64,000 bases of DNA from the NCBI RefSeq assembly GCF_964204645.1, contig NC_134026.1, positions 3,805,950 to 3,869,949 of the forward strand, read 5' to 3'. The stretch is from Tubulanus polymorphus (taxonomy: Eukaryota; Animalia; Nemertea). The notes beneath the pieces are model-generated. The model was given only the letters and a program-made list of their open reading frames with translations, had not been told where the DNA came from and searched no databases. Below, piece by piece: positions 26,701 through 36,978 of this stretch; within the stretch, counting starts at the first letter, position 1; the number at the start of each line of letters is the position of its first letter. A program made the position numbers and the translations under genes.

Positions 26701-29700
26701 TTGCGGATTTTACACCACAAACCTGGCTCGAAGCGGATAAAACTTGTGCCGATGAAGGCGCTTTCTTAGTCAAAATAAACGACGATAAACAAAATGAAGA
26801 TTTGGCTCAATACATATCTGACTTGAAGAACAAAAAGAACACCAAATTCGTGGTAAATGGTTTTTGGATTGGGGCACATGGTCAAGGTACGGTAGTTCCT
26901 ACTAAGTACTTAAATTGATATTTTCAAAGAAGTTCCGTATTTACTTAGAAGAAACCGCTTCAAATCATTACAGTTGTTTCATCGACCAGCGAACTGGTTT
27001 ACGCTGATGGTAGCGCGTTAGGTTTTACGAAGTGGTCAAAACCTCCTAGTGCTGGAACTGCAAACAAAGCCGTAGTTATTGATTATGATGGAAATTGGAG
27101 TCAGGAAAAACGAAGCCATGGAAATGGTGCCATATGCCAACTCCCAATAAGTAAATGCTGCTCGCCGAGTGAACCATTAAGAACACTCGTTTTTCTCAAT
27201 CTTTCTTGGTCATTTCTTGGTTTTATCTATAACAAAATGAATGATAATATTGATTGAGGTATACAGTGATAAGATAATGTTCTTTGTCGTGTTTAAGGTT
27301 GTCCAGGAGGATTTTCTAGTCGTAGAAATACGTGTTACAAGATATTTACAACCGCGAAAAATTGGATGGAATCAGAAAAAACATGCGTCAAATACGGAGG
27401 ACATCTACTCACAATTGTAGATTCGGAACAAAATGAATTCTACAAAACTATTGCGTGAGTTACTTGAAAGTGGCTTGTTGAAATATTCATCTTCATTAAA
27501 TTAACAGTTTATGAAATTCTATTTCAGACAAAATTATGGCAACAGTGTTTGGATCGGTTTCAACGATATCGAGAAAGAAGGTGATTTCGTTTGGAGTAGC
27601 AATACCGACGTAGTTTATACAAACTGGGGAAAATATTGGGGCAGTTACGCCCAACCGTGGACCAGGGGCAAACTAGCCGGTGACTGCGTTGTGCTTAGCA
27701 AAGAAGGCAAGATGAAGTATACTTGGGATGATATTTCGTGCGAAATGAAACGAGCATTCATCTGTGAAATTCCACACCCTATTCAAGGTCATCCTTAGTG
27801 TTTCTTATTCTCTGGAGTCTTTATAATATTGACGGAAGTATATAATGAATCGCATAGATATTTTATGTTTTTATGTGAATGTATTTTCATAGAAGCTGCC
27901 CCGTCTGGCTGTACCAGCCCACCACTTCATTATAATGTCATTCAACAGTCCCAACAGAAACGTGACTACGGAATTGACGAGTCAGTTGAAGTTAAATGCG
28001 CTCACGGTGGAACGCTCGTGGGCGACGTGAAAATAATTTGCTACGGCAAAAATATCTGGTCCAGTCTCTCGCAAAGTTGTACCTTCGATGAAAAAGGTAG
28101 CAAAATACTGATAGCGTTTTAAGATTTAGATCGATATTTTTAAATTTCCAAACATTAAATTTTCAAATTTGTTTCCGTTAGAGAAAAGGAGGAAAGATTG
28201 TGTGTTGCCGACGGATCCGAATTTTTCGAAATTCAACGGCACCAATTCGATTACCAGCGACGGATACATATGTCAACGTTGGGATTCTCAGAAGCCGCAT
28301 TCGCACAGTCAAACCGATAAAGATTTCCCGTTAGACGGTTCAGCAACTGCGGCTAATAATTTCTGTCGTCCAGTTGGTGGCGAATCTAAACCTTGGTGTT
28401 ATACCACTAATCCAAATATAGAAAAACAGACTTGTGACATTCCAGTTTGTGGTATGTAAAATGATGTGATAAAATGGATTCGTTGTCACAGTTTAATTGA
28501 TCTACTATAGGGTCCAAGTTACACCACGTTTTGACATGTTACAGAATATTTATACTTGGAGATGTATTTGTGCTCTAAAGTCATTTACTCAATTATATGT
28601 TGATCAAGTTGGTTCCCGGCATATTGAATGAAGTTTGTGAATTGAAAATTGAAACATTTTCCCTTTGTTACAGATATTCCGACGTGTCGTGTACCGGACA
28701 TCAGTAACGTGGAGATAGCCGGTGGGAAAACCATCGTACTAGCCGGTGAAGAGGTACAAATGGTGTGCAAAGATGGCTACTTCCCTGAAGAAAATACTGG
28801 CGATAAATTGACGTGTACTGAAAACCGCGCGTTTACAGGAGAACACAGAGTCTGTCGAGGTATTTTTTTTTCTAACTGTTAAATCTTAACCAGTTTATAC
28901 GCTATCTTAGCATAGAACTCATGATTGTAGATGCAGTACTTAGTTCGTAGTTTCGATGAAGCTCTGTAGCATTTTCCCAATTTTTTAAATGTTTGTTGTC
29001 ATTCTAATGGCATGGACACGTATCCCCAAATTTCGTCTGATATGCTAGACTTTTTTCACAAGGAGGTCAAGAACATTAGTTTCAATAAACGGCGCATTAT
29101 ATTCTTTTCCTTAGCTAGTTAATATATTTACCTTTTCGTAAATCAAAACAAAAAGTTTTCACATTCAGGATCATCAGCATTTTCCTGCCCTATCGACATT
29201 CCTCGTGGTAGCAAAACAAACGTTACTGGGTCCGTGTGGGTCAAAGATTCGGTAGAATATTCGTGTAAACAATACAAAATGTATAAAGGCGGTGATAAAC
29301 GTAGAAAATGCGGAAAACCTCCGACGCTTTCAGGAAAGCCAATTATTTGCGAAGGTACGAAAAATCTTTATGAATATTTTAGCCAAAATGTATTCCAGAG
29401 TTTATTCAAGGACAAATTGCTGACGTTATTGAATTATTAAAGTTAATTTACCGATTGGTGCATCTTTTTGTTTCAGAAATGCCTGAACGATGTCCTCCGG
29501 GATGGGCAGTGATTGGACAACACTGTGTTATTGTGGATTTTACACCACAAACCTGGCTCGAAGCGGATAAAACTTGTGCCGATGAAGGCGCTTTCTTAGT
29601 CAAAATAAACGACGATAAACAAAATGAAGATTTGGCTCAATACATATCTGACTTGAAGAACAAAATGAAGAACCAATTAGTGATAAACGGTTTTTGGATT

Positions 29701-32700
29701 GGGGCACATGGTCAAGGTACGGTAGTTCCTCCTGAGTACCTAAATGGATAATTTCCAAGAATTGATTTAAAGTCCCGTATTTACTTAGAAGAAACCCCTT
29801 CAAATCATTACAGTTTTTTCATCGACCAGCGAACTGGTTTACGCTGATGGTAGCGCGTTAGGTTTTACGAAGTGGTCAAAACCTCCTAGTGCTGGAACTG
29901 CAAACAAAGCCGTAGTTATCGATTATGATGGAAATTGGAGTCAGGAAAAACGAAGCAAAGGAAATGGTGCCATATGCCAACTACCAATAAGTAAATGCTG
30001 CTCGCCGAGTGAACCATTAAGAAAACTCGTTTTTCTCAATCTTTCTTGGTCATTTCTTGGTTTTATCTATAACAAAATGAATGATAATATTGATAGAGGT
30101 ATACAGTGATAAGATAATGTTCTTTGTCGTGTTTAAGGTTGTCCAGGAGGATTTTCTAGTCGTAGAAATACGTGTTACAAGATATTTACAACCGCGAAAA
30201 ATTGGATGGAATCAGAAAATACATGCGTCAAATACGGAGGACATCTACTCACAATTGTAGATTCGGAACAAAATGAATTCTACAAAACTATTGCGTGAGT
30301 TACTTGAAAGTGGCTTGTTGAAATATTCATCTTCATTAAATTAACAGTTTATGAAATTCTATTTCAGACAAAATTACGGCAACAGTGTTTGGATCGGTTT
30401 CAACGATATCGAGAAAGAAGGTGATTTCGTTTGGAGTAGCAATAACGACGTAGTTTATACAAACTGGGGAAAATATTGGGGCCGTTACGCCCAACCGTGG
30501 ACCAGGGGCACACTAGCCGGTGACTGCGTTGTGCTTAGCAAAGAAGGCAAGATGAAGTATACTTGGGATGATATTTCGTGCGAAATGAAACGAGCATTCA
30601 TCTGTGAAATTCCACACCCTATTCAAGGTCATCCTTAGTGTTTCTTATTCTCTGGAGTCTTTATAATATTGACGGAAGTATATAATGAATCGCATAGATA
30701 TTTTATGTTTTTATGTGAATGTATTTTCATAGAAGCTGCCCCGTCTGGCTGTACCAGCCCACCACTTCATTATAATGTCATTCAACAGTCCCAACAGAAA
30801 CGTGACTACGGAATTGACGAGTCAGTTGAAGTTAAATGCGCTCACGGTGGAACGCTCGTGGGCGACGTGAAAATAATTTGCTACGGCAAAAATATCTGGT
30901 CCAGTCTCTCGCAAAGTTGTACCTTCGATGAAAAAGGTAGCAAAATACTGATAGCGTTTTAATATGTAGATCGATATTCTTCGTTTCCAAATAATAAATT
31001 TTCAATTTGTTACCCTTAGAGAAAAGAAGGAAAGATTGTGTGTTGCCGACGGATCCGGATTTTTCGAAATTCAACGGCACCAATTCGATTACCAGCGACG
31101 GATACATATGTCAACGTTGGGATTCTCAGAAGCCGCATTCACACAGTCAAACCGATAAAGATTTCCCGTTAGACGGTTCAGCAACTGCGGCTAATAATTT
31201 CTGTCGTCCAGTTGGTGGCGAATATAAACCTTGGTGTTATACCACTAATCCAAATATAGAAAAACAGACTTGTGATATTCCAGTTTGTGGTATGTAAAAT
31301 GATGTGATAAAATGGATTCGTTGTCACAGTTTAATTGATCTACTATAGGGTCCAAGTTACACCACGTTTTGACATGTTACAGAATATTTATACTTGGAGA
31401 TGTATTTGTGCTCTAAAGTCATTTACTCAATTATATGTTGATCAAGTTGGTTCTCGGCATATTGAATGAAGTTTGTGAATTGAAAATTGAAACATTTTCC
31501 CTTTGTTACAGATATTCCGACCTGCCGTGTCCCGGACATCAGTAACGTGGAGATAGCCGGTGGGAAAACCATCGTACTAGCCGGTGAAGAGGTACAAATG
31601 GTGTGCAAAGATGGCTACTTCCCTGAAGAAAATACTGGCGATAAATTGACGTGTACTGAAAACCGCGTGTTTACAGGAGAACACAGAGTCTGTCGAGGTA
31701 TTTTTTTCTAAATATAAAATCTTAACCAATTCTTGCAATGTTGTAGATGTACAACTTAGTTCATAATTTCGATGAAGCTCTGAAGTATTTTCCCAATTAT
31801 ATTGATGTTTTATGTCATTCTAATGGCATGAACACGTTTCTTCAAATGTCGTCTGATGTGGTGGATGTTTTTCATCAGTAGGAGCATTTTTATCTATAAA
31901 CGAAGCACTAGGTATGCGAACCTTAGCTACTTAATGCATTTACCATTTCGTAAATCAAAAAGTTTTCATATTCAGGATCATCAGCGTTTTCCTGCACTAT
32001 CGACATTCCTCGTGGTAGTAAAACGAACGTTACTGGCTCCGTGTGGGTCGAGGATTCGGTAGAATATTCGTGTAAACAATATCAAATGTATAAAGGCGGT
32101 GATAAACGTAGAAAATGCGAAAAACCTCCGACGCTATCAGGAAAGCCAATTATTTGTGAAGGTACGGAAAAGTAGATACCCATACAATCTAGATAACGAA
32201 TTACTTTACTGATACATTGTTCTAAATTCCAATTATTCAATTTTTTGTACTAAGACATGGCGAATCGATGCCCAGCAGGCTGGGTAGTCATAGGAGACTA
32301 TTGTATGACAGCAGACATTACCAAACATGATTGGGTCGACGCTGAGGAACTTTGCGCGCAGAAAGGTGGCTTCCTTGCTAAAATCACCGATGGTCAAATG
32401 AATAGTAACCTGAAAGCTTACATTAAGAATCAAGTTTCTGCTAGTTCTGTAAATGGATTTTGGATCGGAGCTCATGGGGAAGGTTAGGATTAATATCACT
32501 AACATGGGGACAGTTTCGACCATATTGGCTAGTAGAAACTTTCAATCGTCGAATTATTTTTCATTCTCTAGTTCAGTCCCTGACAACTAGTATACTAGTC
32601 TTCATGGATTCATCCCCGATAACTTATGCTAACTGGCTCCAAGCTCCAACCGGGGGATTAGCTAACAAAGCGGTTGTCATAGATAAACAAGGCAAATGGA

Positions 32701-35700
32701 TCCTGACAAAAAGAACTTCTGAAACATTCGGAGCGATTTGTCAGCTTCCTATCAGTAAGTGGTCTAGTAGAATTGAACCTTTACACGTCTTTTACATTAT
32801 TCGATGATGCGTCTTCGTACTTTCAAGATTGCCCGGATGGTTTCACTGCTCGCGGTCGAATGTGCCACAAGGTTTTCACGGAGAAGAAGAATTGGAATGC
32901 CGCCGAAACAGTTTGCAGTTCATACGGCGGTCATCTCATCACAATTCTCGATACAAAAACAAATGAATTCTACAAAAGTATCGCGTAAGTCGACTGTTAC
33001 GTCATTACAGCCTTGATTTCATAGCTTTTTGCGATTATAAACACTTTAAAAAGTTATATTCGTTACAATTTCATAACACATTTCACGCATATCAATGTTA
33101 GTTACCGTGAAATACTCCACATTTATAAATTCTTACATATCATCTAATTCCAACATTGCGCTATTTCCTTACTCGTAGAAGAAAGCTCGACTCCTCGGTT
33201 TGGATCGGCCTCAACGATATAACGAAGGAAAGCATTTTCCGGTGGACAAGCGGAAAGACGTTCGAATTTTCGGATTGGGGCAAATATTGGAAGACTTACC
33301 AACAGCCGTGGGCTCGAGGTTCCCTGTCTGGTGACTGCGTCGTTCTGAGCAAAGAAGGTAAGATGAGGTACAGGTGGGACGATGTAAAATGTACAGAGGA
33401 GCGGTCTTTCATTTGTGAATTAGCACATCCGGTCGCTAAAGGTATGTCTATGTGAATAGTTCGGAAAAAATCGGAAAATTGAAAAAAAGAAATTTTTTAC
33501 TATGATATTTCATATGATTTCGTTGTAGATTCTTCGCCGTCAATATGTCAGTATCCACCCTTGCATTATAACGCCATCTTACAAACGAAGAAACGCATTT
33601 TCGATGTCGGTGAAACGGTCCGGTTAGCTTGTAGAAACTACGGTACTGTAATGTGGGAGAAAAGTATCACGTGTTATGGCAACGACATATGGTCGAGTTT
33701 GTCTCATCGGTGTAATTATACGTTGGGTATGTTACCGAATACAATCTTCGCTATCCATCTTGTCAAAGTAGGAAACACTTTCCTCGTAGCTGAATATCTT
33801 TTATATCTGGGATTTAATGGTTTAGAACTCCGTACTTAGTTATTTGTAGAAATTCTCCAGAGAAACGCTCACATTACCGCGTGTGGTAGTTCTTGAACGC
33901 AGTGGGTTTTTGTTTAGGATGTAATACGTTTTCTTTTCCAAGAACAAAAGCTGAAAACATGTGTGCTGCCGACGGATCCGAATTTTTCGAAATTCAACGG
34001 CACCAATTCGATTACCAGCGACGGATACATATGTCAACGTTGGGATTCCCAGAAGCCGCATTCGCACAGTCAAACCGATAAAGATTTCCCGTTAGACGGT
34101 TCAGCAACTGCGGCTGATAATTTCTGTCGTCCAGTTGGTGGCGAATCTAAACCTTGGTGTTATACCACTAATCCTAATATAGAAAAACAGACTTGTGATA
34201 TTCCAGTTTGTGGTAAGGTTTTTTTAATTAGTTTGTAGAGCTTTTAAATGAGATCAGACCTTTTGAGCTATTTAGTTTAGTTAGTTTATGTAGTTTAGTT
34301 TGTGTATATAGTATAGTTCTGGTTTCAGATCGTATGGGTTTCGATTTAGTAAAAACTAGTTCTATTTACTAATCGATTACGTATTAGAAATTACAAAAAC
34401 TGAACATGTGTCAATAAGACATACCATGATTTCAGATATTCCGACCTGTCAGGTTCCATCAGCGGCTAACATTACAGTCGCTGAGAACGACGTGATTGTA
34501 TTAGAAGGCGAAAAAATAACTGTTAGGTGCGATAAAGGATTCCATCCAGTTGATGACATCATGGAAACTGAATTAACATGTCTAGGAACTGGTAACTTCT
34601 TGGGAAAAATGATAAAGTGCTTGGGTATGTAACACGAAGAGATGGAGAGAAGAGATGAACTTCCTGCATCGATGTACCTGAAATTAAGGACAACGATTGT
34701 GAAATGTATTTCCTAGATAATGCTTATTTAAGCAGAGAATTTACATTACAGGGCCCGATATGTTCCAATGTAAGATCGACGTACTTCCTCATAGTCAGAC
34801 ATCGATGTCGGGCACCGTTTGGGTCGGAAAATCGGTAAATTACAAGTGTCATTCGTATTACTTGTACAAAGGAGGTGATCGAGTCAGAACGTGCCAGAAA
34901 GAATCGCTGAAATTGTCAGGAACGCCGCTCATATGTGAGGGTAAGTTATAGCAATGAATAGTAAAAGCAAAGTTATAAAAAAAATAAAAAATTTGATATA
35001 CAAATGGATATGTTGTTTGTAGAGGATCCCGATCGGTGTCCGCCGGGATGGGCTTTGGTGGCTGAACGATGTATCATAATCATTTCTAACCCACAATCGT
35101 ATGCAGCGGCTGATTTAGCGTGCGCGGGTAAAGGTAGTTTTTTGATGACGATTCCAAATTCAGAAATACAATCCGAAGTCGATTCATATCTTTCGACGCA
35201 TACGAACCAAAATGCCATCGGTGGTTATTGGACTGGAGGACACGCTGAAGGTAATTTATAAGGTTATAACATCTCGGCCACTTCGTAAACCTGTTATTGA
35301 ATTAGAATGACACCAACTGATGATGACAGTTAAACTCTAATGACTTGTGTTACTCTTTATTTGATGTGATGAATTTCGTGTCGATAGGAGGTAAATGGTC
35401 ATGGGCAGACGATGTTGCTATCGCCTACACGAACTGGAAGGTAAAGCCAAGTGGACAGATCGCTAACAAGGCAATCGCGGTTGATAACACCGGAAAATGG
35501 ATGGCAGTCTCTACGAATGCGAACAATATGGCTGCTATTTGTCAGTTGCCTGCTGTCGGTAGGTTCTGGAGAAGAGCAATTTGATGAATATTCGCCATTT
35601 TTGATACAATATAACGTTACACGAAAATCATGGAGGGATGGGAATAAGTGTCACATTTTGTCGCCGCAACGATTCGATAACATCAGAACAGTTATTGTGT

Positions 35701-36823
35701 CTGTATCGTATTTTGTTGAATAGATAAATGTAATAGAGACAATGTGAGATGATATGAGATACGTTACATTGTCGCATCATGTTACAGCCAAAACGCCCTT
35801 CGTAAAGCTCTTTTATGCGATTTGGCATAAACAATTTGAGGAAAAAGTTATTGAAAAAATTTGTAGGTAATGAGTCTAGACTTACAAAAGTACTTCCTCG
35901 GAAACGTGTTATATATTCATGTGCTCAATCTGTGAGCAAAATATAGACTAGTATCCTATTTGTTCCAGCATGTCCAGGTGGATTCACAGATTATGGTAGC
36001 GTATGTTACAAGCTGTTTACGGCGATGAAGGACTTCGCTCTCGCGGATGAGACTTGTCAGATGTATGGCGGCCATCTTGCTTCAATACCCGATTCGAAGA
36101 CGAATGAATTATACAAAAACGTTGCGTAGGTTTTTTTCCACACCGGTATATACTGCAGATCTTCCGACTGAAAAAAGCGCATTTTATTCATTAGATTAGG
36201 TTAACATTGAAAATACGACAGTTCAATATGCAATCATTTCGTTTGTAGCAAAGATTCAGGTCAAAGCGTGTGGATCGGAGCCAACGATCGTGCGACAGAA
36301 GGAGATTTCGTCTGGACTAGTGGCAAAACTTTACAGTTTACTGACTGGGGTAAATACTGGAAAACGTACCAGCAACCGTGGACCAGTGGTTCGTTGTCTG
36401 GCGATTGCGTCGTACTCAGCAAAGAAGGCTGGATGAAATATGCGTGGGATGATATCTCGTGCGCGTCAAAGGAAGCTTTTATCTGTGAAATTCCTCGTCC
36501 GACTGAAGGTATGTGAAATGTTTTGTCTATTCTAACATGGTCCTGGCAACCAACTCGTTTCTGCAACTTTTTAAATATTCATAACCGAATACACCCGCAC
36601 TGATCGTTATATCCATTTATTCTGAGTTTTGGTTTCAGGTTCTGAGGAAATCTGCGGGCGTCCTTCACTTCACTTCAATATCGTCTCAAATTCCGAGAAA
36701 ACTGTTTTTGAGATAGGTGAAAGTGTGAAGTTTAGTTGTAAAACCGGAAATCTAGTCGGCGATCAGAGTCTCGTCTGTAATGGAGGGAATATTTGGTTGG
36801 GAATTCCTCCAACCTGCCATTAA
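11756..36823 (+). CDS. Giant secreted multidomain astacin-family metalloprotease with EGF, ApeC, CUB, 7 kringle, 2 ShK, 13 C-type lectin and 18 CCP/sushi domains
   Basis: Chain of GT-AG exons; phases were checked by hand from the pre-pro region through the first ShK domain and at several later junctions. Signal-peptide-like end [13 protein letters not shown] in exon 11752-11851 (the true start codon may be in an upstream exon). Stop TAA at 36821-36823 after the final CCP, with no transmembrane segment seen. Domain counts come from manual reading of Cys/Trp patterns. Confidence 0.85.
11897..12086. repeat. Imperfect inverted repeat (foldback/MITE-like) in an intron
   Basis: Arm 11897-11925 (atgagatttagataggtttcgattggact) matches the reverse complement of 12058-12086 (atgggatccagacaggtttcggttgcact) at 23 of 29 positions. 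Confidence 0.55.
13164..15058 (+). CDS. Astacin (M12A) catalytic domain exons of the giant gene
   Basis: Exons 13164-13444 (LWKNGIVPY...FESKTCLTF...YLRFFQGDG), 13540-13606 (CFSGVG), 14029-14128 ([23 protein letters not shown], the HExxHxxGxxHE zinc motif), 14353-14444 ([11 protein letters not shown], Met-turn), 14932-15058 ([14 protein letters not shown]). Confidence 0.95.
14632..14849. mobile_element. MITE-like non-autonomous DNA element in an astacin-domain intron
   Basis: Inverted ends atcatcaagggctgccaac ... gttggcagctctgatgat enclose about 180 nt of AT-rich non-coding sequence. The ends resemble hAT-type CAGGGxTGCCA termini. No target-site duplication identified. Confidence 0.5.
15152..16310 (+). 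CDS. EGF-like domain followed by apextrin C-terminal (ApeC) domain
   Basis: EGF exon 15152-15283: CNNEGF...[15 protein letters not shown]. ApeC exons 15366-15665, 15744-15947, 16179-16310: [10 protein letters not shown]...[19 protein letters not shown]...GAIPDG...IQFCCRSDG...[12 protein letters not shown]...CQQVEGM...LYHCSY. Confidence 0.85.
16393..19347 (+). CDS. CUB - kringle - ShK - CCP - canonical C-type lectin (QPN/WND) - ShK - CCP exons
   Basis: CUB: CGG...ITSPGYPN...CLWFIK...YCG...RGF. Kringle: YRGTVN...NNYCRNPG...PWCY. ShK: CLDLWDNC...CRRSCNLC and CEDTLKNC...[11 protein letters not shown]: [32 protein letters not shown]. Confidence 0.88.
19532..20417 (+). CDS. About 166-aa domain of unknown family within the giant gene
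   Basis: Exons 19532-19695 and 20084-20417 join in phase, flanked by phase-1 introns: ...[39 protein letters not shown]...[12 protein letters not shown]...[10 protein letters not shown]. Confidence 0.75.
20630..36823 (+). repeat. Six tandem multi-exon cassettes CCP-CTLa-CTLb-(kringle)-CCP-kringle-CCP
   Basis: Cassettes start near 20630, 23120, 26272, 29169, 31976 and 34752. Recurrent motifs: ERCPxGW, VWIGxND...YWxxYxQP...[10 protein letters not shown]...WDD, CQRWDSQxP. Unit 1 has a single kringle-CCP, unit 2 has two kringles, and unit 6 ends after the CCP that follows the lectin pair. Confidence 0.9.
26620..32165 (+). repeat. Recent tandem duplication, period about 2.83-2.84 kb, including introns
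   Basis: About 26620-29360 matches about 29450-32165. The offset is exactly 2840 over about 26950-28120, and introns 27455-27527 and 27788-27892 read identical to their copies. Confidence 0.95.
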
Positions 36824-36972
36824 CGTCAGATATAGTCTGAATCTAGGATGGCTTATCGTAGTGTGGTAAAGGCGAGTTTAGTACTGACCTAGTGTAGCTA
36901 CTTAATTCAATTCTATTTGTATCATCAAATATCAGCACAAATTAAAAACACACTACTTTGTACATTTTGTAC

Positions 36973-36978
36973 AATAAA
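36973..36978 (+). promoter_or_regulatory. Candidate polyadenylation signal of the giant gene
   Basis: AATAAA 150 nt after the stop codon. Confidence 0.5.
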
